Below, piece after piece: positions 36,978-49,991 of a stretch of 64,000 bases of DNA. Position numbers and translations under genes: made by a program. A model generated the notes under the pieces. It was not told the origin of the DNA. It was given only the letters and a program-made list of their open reading frames with translations, and made no database searches. Source of the stretch: Octopus sinensis (taxonomy: Eukaryota); the NCBI RefSeq assembly GCF_006345805.1, contig NC_043017.1:20398001-20462000 (forward strand), given 5' to 3'. How positions within the stretch are numbered: position 1 is the stretch's first letter; the number at the start of each line of letters is the position of its first letter.

Positions 36978-38763
36978 TAATTTTACTCTGCTATGTATTG
37001 AGTACCTTATTTACTGTGGTTAACCCCGAATCAACCCGGGACCTACATATATATATATATATAATTAATTGAGAATAAATGATTAAGTTGCTGCTTCAGG
37101 GAACTGGACAACTGTAATGCGTGCATCTCTTCCATCTCCTCCCACTCCTCCTGCTCCTCTTTGTCCTCCTCTTTCTATGAATCTATGACTATGTAAATTA
37201 GTGACACCAGTTCTGCTCCAACAATATGTTCAGAGCAAAATCTGACGATTATTGATTATTGGTGATTACAGAACTGTGAAATTATAAATCTATGTCTGTA
37301 GCAGCGGGATGGTAAAACTAGAACAGTCATTTTTATTGATTGGGAACGGGAGTAAATAGTGGACTATCATGGGAATTTTGGAAGAACGGAAAGTTGGTTA
37401 AAAATAATCAAAAAATATATATATATATATATAAAAATCAAATAAACAAAAACCTTGGAAATCAAGGAAACTCTTGGCAAAATGTAAAAATTCTTTCTTT
37501 GTCTTTCTAGTGAAAGAAGCGCCAGAAATCATCAGGTTTTCCTTCTCCCTGCAGGAGAATTCTATGAGACGAACACCTCGTTCTAAAGTGATCGAAATTA
37601 AAACTTTTCATCAAAATTTCTTGTTAATTTATGTTCCAAAAATAAAATGCCAAAACTTATTCTACTGAATTCTTCCTTATATTCAAAATGGATCCAAACA
37701 AAAACAGTGAATTTCAACAACAATATAGTAACAAAAGGGTTTAGAAGGAATTAAGTGGATCCTTCTCTGCTTTTCCCAGAATGGCAAACATTTGAACCAG
37801 ACCTTCTGTTTCCTCTGCTTGCCAGCTGAGAAGCCTTCTAACTTTTTTATTCCAACCTCCCTGAGACTATCCCTTGCTTCTGTGACATAAATCCATTGTA
37901 ATAAAGTAATCTAAATTAAAACCTCACATCAAAATTATATGTTGATTTATGTTCCAAACACCAACTTCTTTTACTAAATTCTTTATTATTTTCAAAATTA
38001 ATATCTGTGTATTTTAACAGAAATGAGGGAGAAGGTTATTGGTTACAATGCAAAATCAAACTACCGAATTCTGAGAATCGAAGAGATGTCAATCAATAAA
38101 AAAAGCTAATTATAGGAAATAAAGTAACCAAAGAGGAGGATATAAAGACCGTTTTCTTGAACAACAGAATCTCGGTGTCAGAATAAAGTACAAGAGATGG
38201 GTGTTAAGAGAAGAATGGTGACTATCAGGCAGACAATAATAATAGGGAGTAGAAGGAATGGTGTTGTTATTGGAGACATCAGGAAATTTTTTGTGAAGAA
38301 TTGGTAAAGTATCCTTTTATACAAGAAACTGTTCCAATAGTAAAACAATACTGAGAATGAAAAGATACATCATTGTCTGGCTTTTCAGTTCTGCTTGCAC
38401 TATCAGCATTATCATAGACATCAGCATGCATCACAAATAATTTGTTTGCTGATTTCTATGAACAAGAGCGAATACTCTTGTTAGTTTGATTAATCTGGAG
38501 GTAAGCTTGACTGAGGAGACATACAAAAATGTTGAAACACCAAGGAGTCTCAAAAAGTCCTCTTACATCAATGAATCATGTGTATTATGAGCACACATCA
38601 TCTAAAGGGTGCAGAGGTTATCCAATGACAAAAAGCAACAACAATCAGAAAAACATCATATTTAAATTTACCAGAATCTATTGAGAATGAATTGTGCTGT
38701 GTTAAATTTTAGCCAGTTTTTACTGAATCCCTTGAAATTCTTGATTATTTGGTAACCCATGTT

Positions 38764-39150
38764 GGTGTCACATAAAAAGCTCCCATGCTGGCGCCACTTA
38801 AAAAGCAACCCTGCTGGTGCCATGTAAAATTCAAGTCACTTATACTGGTACCATGTAAAAACACTCACATTGGTGCCTTATAAAAGGCAACTGTGCTGGT
38901 GTCAAGTGAAAAGCACCCATGCTTGTGCCACATACAAAGCGCCCATCTGGTGCCACATGAAAAGCATCCAGTCCACTCTATTTAGTGGTTGGCATTAGGA
39001 AGGGCATCCAGCTGTAGAAGCCATGCCAAAACAAATGACTGGAGCCTGGTGTAGCTCTCTGGCTTGCCAGCTCTTGTTGAATCATCCAACCCATGCCAGC
39101 ATAGAAAGCAGATGTTAAACGATGATGATGATGATGACGATGATGATGAT
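38764..39150 (+). mobile_element. Family C element with about eight diverged 25-31 nt 5' units
   Basis: Repeated GTGCCAC.TAAAAAGCACCCATGCTG-like units, then the central motif and (GAT)n tail. Confidence 0.75.
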
Positions 39151-41345
39151 GGCAATCATGATCATCATAATCATCATAATTGTCATTGTCGTCATCATCA
39201 TCAGCGGCATCATCATCATCATCATTAACTGAAATACATAGACACAGTGTTTCATAACAAATATCATCCTAAAAAATGGTTGAAACAGAAACAGCAAATA
39301 CAACTCTGGTTTCTATTACATTAACAATTTATGCCGACTGAGGTGTGATATGCAGCATGAAAATATAAACAAAAGGCAAACATCCATCTTGTTTGGCTTC
39401 ATTATTTTGTAATCAATACTATCCATTAAACAGGTAATCAACCCCTTTTTTTAAACTTTAGGTGAGAATGACTGAATTCACTCAAAACTGCAATAAATGT
39501 AGCGCATATGGGAATACAGTCACCCCAGAAAAAAACTAAAAAGACAAAGGGAGGACACTTTACACTTGCATCAGACAGACAACCTCTCCAGTGTTGGAGG
39601 TGTGATAATATTCACCCAGCCAATGCTGTAAAGTGATTAGGCAACAGGAAGAACTTCAAGATATATAATTCATGCAAAATAGAAAAAGAACAACTTTGTT
39701 GTGTATTTTTTTTTTGTTTTATGTTTTTGATGAGAAAGGAATTTGTGACATACTGTGGGCTTTGGTTACCTGGTTGTGGTAAATAAACGGGCTGCCCTTT
39801 ACCTCTTTAATTCCTTAGACATAACATGCATTCAATATGTTTGTTCCTACCCAAACCCTTTTGAAGTGGCCTCTCTGTGTAGCGTTCACACCCTTGCTAA
39901 TACCTATTTCTTTACTACCCACAAGGGGCTAAACATAGAGGGGACAAGCAAGGACAGACATAGGTATTAAGTCGATTACATCGACCCCAGGGCGTAACTG
40001 GTACTTAATTTAATCGACCCCCGAAAGGATGAAAGGTAAAGTCGACCTCGGCGGAATTTGAACTCACAACGTAACGGCAGACGAAATACTGCTGAGCATT
40101 TCGCCCGATGTGCTAACGTTTCTGCCTGCTCCCCACCTTTCTTCACCCTTGCTAATACCATGGAAATGACCACAATCAGCCACAACATGTTGTACCAGAA
40201 CAAAAATAACAAAAACAAAACCAGGAAGGAAGAGCAGATGTGATGATGAGATGATGATGATGGCAATCATGATCATCATAATCATCATAATTGTCATTGT
40301 CGTCATCATCATCAGCGGCATCATCATCATCATCATTAACTGAAATACATAGACACAGTGTTTCATAACAAATATCATCCTAAAAAATGGTTGAAACAGA
40401 AACAGCAAATACAACTCTGGTTTCTATTACATTAACAATTTATGCCGACTGAGGTGTGATATGCAGCATGAAAATATAAACAAAAGGCAAACATCCATCT
40501 TGTTTGGCTTCATTATTTTGTAATCAATACTATCCATTAAACAGGTAATCAACCCCTTTTTTTAAACTTTAGGTGAGAATGACTGAATTCACTCAAAACT
40601 GCAATAAATGTAGCGCATATGGGAATACAGTCACCCCAGAAAAAAACTAAAAAGACAAAGGGAGGACACTTTACACTTGCATCAGACAGACAACCTCTCC
40701 AGTGTTGGAGGTGTGATAATATTCACCCAGCCAATGCTGTAAAGTGATTAGGCAACAGGAAGAACTTCAAGATATATAATTCATGCAAAATAGAAAAAGA
40801 ACAACTTTGTTGGTTTTTTTTTTTTTTTTGTTTTATGTTTTTGATGAGAAAGGAATTTGTGACATACTGTGGGCTTTGGTTACCTGGTTGTGGTAAATAA
40901 ATGGGCTGCTCTTTGCCTCTTTAATTCCTTAGACATAACATGCATTCAATATGTTTGTTCCTACCCAAACCCTTTTGAAGTGGCCTCTCTGTGTAGCGTT
41001 CACACCCTTGCTAATACCTATTTCTTTACTACCCACAAGGGGCTAAACATAGAGGGGACAAGCAAGGACAGACATAGGTATTAAGTCGATTACATCGACC
41101 CCAGGGCGTAACTGGTACTTAATTTAATGAAAGGTAAAGTCGACCTCGGCGGAATTTGAACTCACAACGTAACGGCAGACGAAATACTGCTGAACATTTC
41201 GCCCGATGTGCTAACGTTTCTGCCTGCTCCCCACCTTTCTTCACCCTTGCTAATACCATGGAAATGACCACAATCAGCCACAACATGTTGTACCAGAACA
41301 AAAATAACAAAAACAAAACCAGGAAGGAAGAGCAGATGTGATGAT
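39140..41345 (+). repeat. Tandem duplication of about 1.1 kb
   Basis: GGCAATCATGATC at 39151 and 40262; AGAGCAGATGTG at 40231 and 41329. Each unit contains a family B SINE. Confidence 0.95.
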
Positions 41346-41665
41346 GATGATGGTGGTGGTGGTGGTTATGATGGAAGGAAGTATAAAAGTTATAGGCTTA
41401 ATTGATTTCACAAAACACGGCTTTTCATGCAAGTGAAACAAAATAAACAAAATAGTCCCACAAGGAATTGAAACCAGATCCACAGGGAATCCAAATTAAA
41501 CCACTTCCTGACACATTAGCTTTCACCTCTATGGCAACAGACAAGAATACACACACACACAATCACAGAAGCATTAAATCACTAATATATATAATATTAT
41601 ACAAAAGTATAGATTGTCATCTGGCAATTTGGAGGCTCACATCTCCAGCTGATGATAGAGGTATG

Positions 41666-41715
<50 letters not shown>

Positions 41716-41727
41716 TATACACATATA

Positions 41728-41776
<49 letters not shown>

Positions 41777-42007
41777 ATATATACATACATACACACACAC
41801 ATATATATATACATATATAAATCAAGAAATGGAGTTAAACGCAGGTGTTATTCAAATCTTTATACTTTTGACATGTTTCGAATACATATTGCACTTTTAT
41901 TTCTATTTTCATTCTATTTCCCTCTATGCTCCTTATTTCTTTCCTTTTCCAGAAAAAACTTCTTATATTGAACTCTAATATTTCCCTCTATTCAACCATC
42001 TCACATC

Positions 42008-42055
42008 GTCTCTGATGAAGGGATATCCCTAATATCCCAGAAACAGCTGTAAGAC
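42008..42055 (+). ncRNA. Minimal type I hammerhead motif, core intact
   Basis: GUCU-CUGAUGA-A-GGGAUA-UCCCUAA-UAUCCC-A-GAAA-CAGCUG-UA^-AGAC. Stem III ACAGCUGU is a loopless palindrome. Confidence 0.75.
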
Positions 42056-42252
42056 TAACTTTCTCTTTATAAATGTCCTGAAAATTACACACAGCCTTGG
42101 CTGTGTTGTCTATTCTATTTAACACACACACACATATATATATATATATAAAAATATACACGTATATATTATTCAAAATGTGACCTCGTGTGTACCGTTG
42201 GCGATGTTTTTTTTCCTCTGTCTTCCCTTCTCTGGATCTTTCCTTCTCCTAT

Positions 42253-42287
42253 GTTTCCGACGAAGAGCTCCGCTCGAAACGTTAAAC
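42253..42287 (+). ncRNA. Minimal type I hammerhead motif with U4C core change, family HH1
   Basis: GUUU-CCGACGA-A-GAGC-UCC-GCUC-GAAA-CG-UU^-AAAC. Stem III AACGUU is palindromic. Confidence 0.6.
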
Positions 42288-42445
42288 CCTCCTTCTTCCC
42301 TTCCTTCCTGAGCATCCAATAATACTATATTTGTTCCATGTCCTCGCTCGCATTGTTGTGTTTTTTTGTGTTTTCTTGTTTGGATTAACTATATATACAT
42401 ATATATATACATATATACACACACATGTATATCTCTACATATATA

Positions 42446-42492
<47 letters not shown>

Positions 42493-42507
42493 GTGTGCGT
42501 GTCTGTG

Positions 42508-42543
<36 letters not shown>

Positions 42544-42979
42544 TGTGAGTACACATACACATGGCATGTAGTGAACAGACGATTTTTGTCAAGCTCTAAC
42601 TTGTCTTGCCATGTCTCAGACAAGTGTTATCTAATTCAAGGATGTGCGGTACATTTGAAACCATTTCTTCATGAGCACTAACAGTAAGGTCACCTGGTGT
42701 TCCTCCACACACACACACACGCGCACACACATGAGTGCTAATATATATATGTTCCTGTATGTCTCTCTGTGTCTGTCAGTGTGGGTGGGTGTAATAAGCA
42801 TGTACAGCCTTCCTGACAATCCCAGATTATTTAATGCATTTGTTTGCTTATCTTTTTCCTTAAAGACCTACAGCGCAAAACCTGCCATGCTTTTCACAAT
42901 GTCTCGCCTCTCCTCTCCTCTCCTTTCCTCCTCTTTCTGCCCTCATTGCTGGCTTGGCCTATTATGATTCCATTTACAG

Positions 42980-43355
42980 CCGACAATGATGATGATGACG
43001 ATGATAATGATGACGGCAACGATGGTGATGATGATGATAATGATAATGACGATGATAAAGACGATGGTGACAACAGGATGATGATGATGATGATGATGAT
43101 GAGGATGATGACGATGATGATTATGATGATGATGATGATGACAATGATAATGATGATGAAAACGATGGTGATGAAGATGATTGTGATGATGATGATGATA
43201 ATGATTTCGATGATGATGATGACGATGATGTTGATGACAGTGATGATGATCATGATGATGACAGTAATGATGGTGATGATGATGATAACAATGATGACAA
43301 CGATGATGATGATGATGATGACAATAATGGCAATGACAATGATGATGATGACCTG
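42980..43355. repeat. Degenerate (GAT)n microsatellite
   Basis: Composition. Confidence 0.95.
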
Positions 43356-43855
43356 TAATTGTGATTTAACTAGTAAACCATATCCTTACAGAACATTTAA
43401 ACATATTTCTTCAAGAAGTATTCCATTTCCTCGATGTGTGAGGGAGACCTTGTGTTTATATATTCATATGTGATATGATATGCATTTGTATACATGTATG
43501 TATATACACCCAGAATCATTTCATTTTTTAAGATGAAGCAACAATTTAAAGACTAGAAAGCAAAGAAAAACAACACAAATACACAAATAGACAGGCATAC
43601 ACATGGCCACATGTTTAGGAAGCTTGCTTTGCAGCCATGTGGTGCCAGGTTCACTTCCACCATGTGGCACTTTCACCTGTTTCAGCTATTAGACTGTGGC
43701 CATGCTGAAGAAGTTTTAGTCAAATGAATCTGTCCCAGGACTTAATATTTTGCTAAGTCTGGTACTTATTCTATCAGTGCCTTTTGCTGAACTGCTAAAT
43801 TACAGGGATATAAACACACCAATACCAGTTATCAAGCACAAAGACATTCACACAT

Positions 43856-43890
<35 letters not shown>

Positions 43891-44069
43891 AATATACGGT
43901 GGGCCTCTTCCAGTTTCTGCATGCCAAGTCCACTCACATGGCTTTGGTTGGCCTGAGGCTATAGCAAAAGTGCCAGACAGTGGGACTGAACCCAGAAACA
44001 TGTTGTCAGGAGCAAGCTTCTTACCACACAACCACGCATGCAATATATATGTATATATATATTTGTGTA

Positions 44070-44114
<45 letters not shown>

Positions 44115-44811
44115 GTATCTATCGATTTATCTATAATTATGTGTATCTTTGTATTTGTGGCTGGCCCACCCCAACACACACACACGTGCACACACACACA
44201 CTCACAAACAAACACATATATATATACACATAGCTAAATGGTACTAGCCATGTGTCGACACCATAGCAATAATTGATGGGCAGCTGATGATGGGGATCTA
44301 TGTTTGATCAGCTTGTTTGCAAATCTTTTCTATCTTGGTGTCTCGTCACTGTGAACTTACCCTTCATGCTTATAATGTGGAACATGTTTGTGGGTTCATG
44401 GTTTTATGGTAATTACATTAACTGATACTGCTTAATTGATTTCATGGATAATTTCTTTAGGATAGGATAATACTTAACTGATGGTTCCTAATTCAGAAAG
44501 GTCCTACGATATATATGTGTGTGTGTGCGTGTATGGAATATTTTGATATTCTGTTCAGATGTTATATTAATATCATTTAAGACTCAGGAGTAAAATAAAG
44601 AAAATATCAAAAGAAAAACGAAAAAAGAAAAAAAGAAAATAATCCTGCCAGGAGTTAAGCATTTCCATGTTTATAAAATGTCAGCAATTAACCCTTCAAT
44701 TAATTAGTTCATGATTATATTTCTTTCTGATGAGAAACACTGCTGATGTGTTTGCCATAGTTTTGGAAAATGATCAAGAAAGTTGGAAGAAATCAGCCTA
44801 AAATTACCAAG

Positions 44812-44852
<41 letters not shown>

Positions 44853-44857
44853 AATGC

Positions 44858-45071
44858 AGAGAGCTGGCAGAATCGTTAGCATGCCAGGGGAAATGCTTAG
44901 AGGTATTCCACCCGTCTTCACATTCTCAGTTCAAATTCCGCCAAGGTCGATTTTACCTTTCATCCTTTCGGGGTCAATAAATTAAGTAACCAGTGAAACA
45001 CTAGGGTCAATGTAATCGACTAGTCCCCTCCCCAAAAATTTTAGGCCTTGTGCCTATAGTAGAAAGGATTA

Positions 45072-45106
<35 letters not shown>

Positions 45107-45110
45107 CTAG
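44858..45110 (+). mobile_element. Family B SINE, tail variant ending in (ATT)n
   Basis: Family B head, then GACTAGTCCCCTCCCCAAAA...GGCCTTGTGCCTATAGTAGAAAGG(ATT)n. Confidence 0.8.
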
Positions 45111-45654
45111 TGTATGTAATACAACTAAAGACAAAAGTCTCCAGCATTAAAGTACAATAGAAGCTAATTTCTTTCTTTCTCTTTTCTTTTTTTTTTTTCA
45201 TTTACACAGGATTCCTTTAGAAATGGCTGATTCCATATCAGAGAACCAGGATTGGTCTCCTGTGGCTTAAGTATCAAAGACATTAATAGATGACAGATGA
45301 TTCTAGTTATAACCATGATGCCAGTATATCACAAGCTGCCTGAAATCTCCAAAGAATCGGTATTTATTTTTGTTTGACAACTTGGAGAACAAGAGCAGTT
45401 CTTTGATTTGAAAACAAAAAAAAAAAAAAACAAAAAAAAACCTACTGCGAAGACAAAACATTGCAAGGAATCTCCTACCATAGGATTGGAATTGTGGTAT
45501 GTGGCCATGGCTGTGTGGTTAAGAAGTTCATCTCTCAAACATGTAGTTTGTGGTTCGGTCCCGCTGCGTGGCACCTTGGTGTTATGTTGTGGGATTGAAC
45601 CCAAGACAACAGGATTGACTTAGTATAGTAGAAGAAAGGTGTTTTCTATTTTTT

Positions 45655-45872
45655 TTTTTTTTTACTACCCACAAGGGGCTAAACACAGAGGGGACAAACA
45701 AGGACAGACAAACGGATTAAGTCGATTACATCGACTCCAGTGGTACTTAATTTATCGACCCCGAAAGGATGAAAGGCAAAATCGACCTCGGCGGAATTTG
45801 AACTCAGAACGTAACGGCAGACGAAATACGGCTACGCATTTCGCCCAGCGTGCTAACATTTCTGCCAGCTGG
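45655..45872 (-). mobile_element. Family B SINE
   Basis: Reverse-complement match to 27898-28128. Confidence 0.85.
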
Positions 45873-46544
45873 TCAACACATACTGATTAAGTTTGGTTGC
45901 TGAAAACTGACAGAAGCCTGTCATATGTGTGTGTGTGTAAATGTATGTGCATATATATGCATATATACACATACACATATACCCACACACACTTATATGT
46001 ATGTGTGTGTGGTGTGTGTGTTGTGTGCGTGCGTATGCATGTATGTTTGCATCTCCTTGTCTTGACATCAAGTGATAGTCATAAATGAATGTCACTGTGA
46101 TACATGCAGTGTCGCTCATTTGCAATCTTCTGTGAAAACATGTCTGGCCATGGAGAAATATTATCTTATATGGAAATGGGTATGGGTTGGCAACAGCAAG
46201 GGCATCCAGCTGTGGATAATCTGCCTTGATAAATTCCATCTGACTCAAATGAGCATGGAAAAGTGAACATTAAGATGGTGATAATGATTTTTGTGTGCAT
46301 GTGTGTGACTGCATTTACAAGTGCAATTGCTTGCACTAAGGTGCAGCAAGCAGTCTTAGTTTGTCTTGTCATGGTATGTGTCAACAGGTCATACATACTT
46401 GTGGATAGCACCTGTGGTTATATGCACATCTGCAAAATTCCTCTCACCCAGCAGGGGTCAGACCAAAGCTAAAAGTCAAAGAAGACACATACCGAAAGTT
46501 CCACACAATGGAACAAAACCAGAAACCACATGGTTACAGAGATA

Positions 46545-46641
46545 ATGCCTGAACCACATGGCTATGCCTGAACCACATGGCTATGCCTGAACCACATGGC
46601 TATGCCTGAACCACATGGCTATGCCTGAACCACATGGCTAT
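46545..46641. repeat. 19-bp unit x5, perfect
   Basis: ATGCCTGAACCACATGGCT at 46545, 46564, 46583, 46602 and 46621. Confidence 0.95.
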
Positions 46642-47509
46642 ACCTACACCCATTTTAATTAATGTAACATGTGGAAACCGAAACACACACATACAAAAAG
46701 AATAAGATACAAATTTTCAACTACTATGATCATTTTTTTATAACAAACAAGAAAAATAATTATAATGTAAAATATTTTGATACGGCAATAATTATTCGTT
46801 TGTTTTTATTTAATTAACTCTTTAACTAGTTTCAGTTGAAGAGCTGTGACCATAATTATTTTATTTTTTATTTTTGTATTTTTACAGTAAAAATAAACAA
46901 ATATGAATTTATATAAAGTTGAGAGGAAAATAAATTGTCTGAAAAAGGTTGAGGAAATACTTGAAAACAAAATAAGGAAAGAAAAAAAATCTGAAATTTC
47001 CTTATCGTTGTTTTTGCTCTGACATTAACAGTGATGATGATGATGATGAGGAGGAGGATGAGAATGATGGTAAGAATGATGACGACAGTGATGATGATGA
47101 TGATGATGATGGAGATTCAGTTTTATATTTTCACATACCACAAATCTCTAAACGCTGGTGCTTAACCCATATAAAACAACTGGGAGAGGGCCTGGTGTTT
47201 GGTGAGCCATCCCATTTTTTTGCACAGCAAGAAAACGAACCGATCCTTTCAAGAATATATGCAAGTCACCACCATCGTTTTAATGTTGACTTTTCCATTC
47301 CATATTTGCAAAGGTCAAATGAAAGTATGCCAGGATAGGGTTTCTATGGCTGGATGCCTTTCTTGTTTCCAAGTGATGTAACAATGTGCTACATTATCAA
47401 TCAACAAGCAGACCAGACATGTTTTTGCAGTGGACTGCAAGCAATTGACACTTTGTATCACTTTACTTATAAGACTTTGAGTCTAAGAGTGTTAATTCCT
47501 ACACCACAT

Positions 47510-48700
47510 ATACAGGAATGAACGCTTGGCAACATTCCTTATAAATAAATGCATTGAATTTTAAAGACATACATTTTTATTTCTTGTAGTAAAAATTCTA
47601 GAGAGGTTAGAAAACCATAAGATTCCACTAATTCTCAACAATTTATTTTATCAATGTTCAAATTTGCTTCTGAGAGAAAATTCTTACCAAGATTATGTGG
47701 TGCCATGCAGTCAAATACTAAATTAAATCATGGAAATTCTGAGACTGTTTTTATTCTACCTATAGCGTATAAGTGGGCCATGAATTAACACTTGGCAATA
47801 TCTTAAACTCGAGGCCATATAAACAAATGCATTAAATTTTAAAGACACATTTTTATTTCTTGCTGTAAAAATTCTAGTGAGGCTACAACACAATAACTTT
47901 CTACTTATTCCCAACAGATTTCTTTATCAATGTTCAAATTTTCTTCTGAGAGAAAATTTCTACCAAATTTATGTCATATTACTGTCCAGTATTGAATTAA
48001 CTCACGAAAATTCTGCAGCTGTTCCTATTCCGTCTACAATATATATTTCTTTACTGCCCACAAGGGGCTAAACACAGAGGGGACAAACAAGAACAGACAA
48101 ACGGATTAAGTCGATTACATTGACCCCAATGCGAAACTGGTACTTTATTTATCGACCCCGAAAAGGATGAAAGGTAAAGTCGACCTCGGCGGAATTTGAT
48201 CTCAGAACATAACAGCAGACAAAATACCTATTTCTTTACTGCCCACAAGGAGCTAAACACAGAGGGGACAAACAAGAACAGACAAACGGATTAAGTCGAT
48301 TACATCGACCCCAATGCGAAACTGGTATTTTACTTATCGACCCCGAAAGGATGAAAGGTTAAGTCGAACTCAGCGGAATTTGAACTCAGAGCGTAACGGC
48401 AGACGAAATACGGCTACGCATTTCGCCCGGCGTGCTAACGATTCTGCCAGCTACAATATATTTGGAGCAGGAATGAACACTTGGCAATATCACAGACTCA
48501 AGGCCTTGTTAATAAATGCTTTAAATTTTAAAGACGTATATCTTTATTTCTAGCAAGGCTGGGAAACCATAAGCTTCAACTAATTCTCAACAATTCTCTT
48601 TGTCGATGTTCAAATTTGCTTCTGAGAGAAAAATTTTTACCAAGTTTCTGTGATGCCACGCCGTCCAATATTGAATTAAATCACAAAAGAAACCAGATAA
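47510..48700 (+). repeat. Old tandem array of about 270 bp x3, interrupted by a doubled family B SINE
   Basis: ATAAATGC.TT.AATTTTAAAGAC...CAATGTTCAAATTT.CTTCTGAGAGAAAA recurs three times. The SINE at 48045-48450 is flanked by the 11-bp repeat CTACAATATAT. Confidence 0.85.
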
Positions 48701-49026
48701 ACAGGAAGTTTAATGTGTTTGGCAAGCATGCGAATTTCCTTATTTGGCTCATTATGTCAGCTTTTCAGATGTCAGCGGCAAAACACAAGAATATTTATTG
48801 ACTGACATTTTGGACGATGGTTGCAAAATATTGTCGGCTGCGGCTGCTGTGGCGGCATCAAAGTCACGTCGCTAACTTCAGAATGTGTGGTCACGTTCCA
48901 AAGGCAGAAAGATCAATATTGATATATTGATCTGAAAACATGTTGAAGACTTATTAAAAGCGAGATTATTTACTAAGAATAAAGAGGAGACAAAAGCAAT
49001 GCTTTAACTCAATCTAATACAAAAGG

Positions 49027-49295
49027 ATGGTGTTGATGGTGGTGGTGGTGGTAGTGGTGGTGGTGGTAGTGGTGGTGGTGGTGGTAGCGGTGGTGGTAGT
49101 GGTGGTGGTGATGGTAGCGGTGGTGGTGGTAGTGGTGGTGGTGGTAGCGGTGGTGGTGGTAGTGGTGATGGTGGTGGTGGTAGCGGTGGTGGTGTGGTGG
49201 TGGTGGTAGCGGTGGTGGTAGTGGTAGCGGTGGTGGTAGTGGTGGTGGTGGTAGCGGTGGCGGTGGTGGTGGTAGTGGTGGTAGTGGTGGTGGCA
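49027..49295. repeat. (GGT)n tract with AGT/AGC variants
   Basis: Composition. It is the source of the poly-Pro, poly-His and poly-Thr ORFs. Confidence 0.95.
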
Positions 49296-49648
49296 AGAAC
49301 AAAAAGAATTGATTGCAAAGTTATATTTCCTTTTATTTTCCGAAATTACATGGCATGGAACAAGCACGCATCCCCTTTGAATCCCTGATTGCCGAATAGT
49401 ATCATGTGGTGATGTTATCAGTTATTGCAGTTTAAGACTCTGAGTGTGTACATGTGTGTGTGTCTTTTGTCTTTCACCTTTTACTAGTTTTAGTCACTGG
49501 ACTGTGACCATGCTGGGGCAACACCTTGAAGGGTTTTATCTAAGCAAATTGACCCCAGTACTTATATTGTTGCTTATACACCCATCTTCATCTTTTTCTT
49601 GTTTTTTTGTAAATTCTCACTATATATATATATATATATATAGAAATA

Positions 49649-49685
<37 letters not shown>

Positions 49686-49688
<3 letters not shown>

Positions 49689-49991
49689 GAGGTGCAATGG
49701 CCCAATGGTTAGGGCAGCGGACTCACGGTTGGAGGATAGTGGTTTCGATTCCCAGACTGGGCGTGAGTGTTTATTGAGCGAAAACACCTAAAGCTCTACG
49801 AGGCTCTGGCAGGGGGGGGGGAGGCGAACCCTGCTGTACTCTTTCACCACTCTTTCTCTCACTCTTTCTTCTGTTGGCCTGCTCGCTTAGTCAGCGGGGT
49901 GGCGTCATTTGAAAGCTAAGACAATGCGAAGTGCATTGTGACCAGCGATGTGTAAAAACATCTGATAGCCTGGTCGGTCACGGTGATCATG

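Noticed and set aside
38389-38499. AG/GT-bounded candidate exon
   Set aside because: All three frames contain stops and the pyrimidine tract is weak.
41855-41885. Minus-strand GAAACAUGUC-AAAAG half hammerhead
   Set aside because: No upstream CUGANGA; a remnant at best.
44725-44760. CTGATGAGAAAC as a hammerhead
   Set aside because: No stem II and no matching stems I or III.
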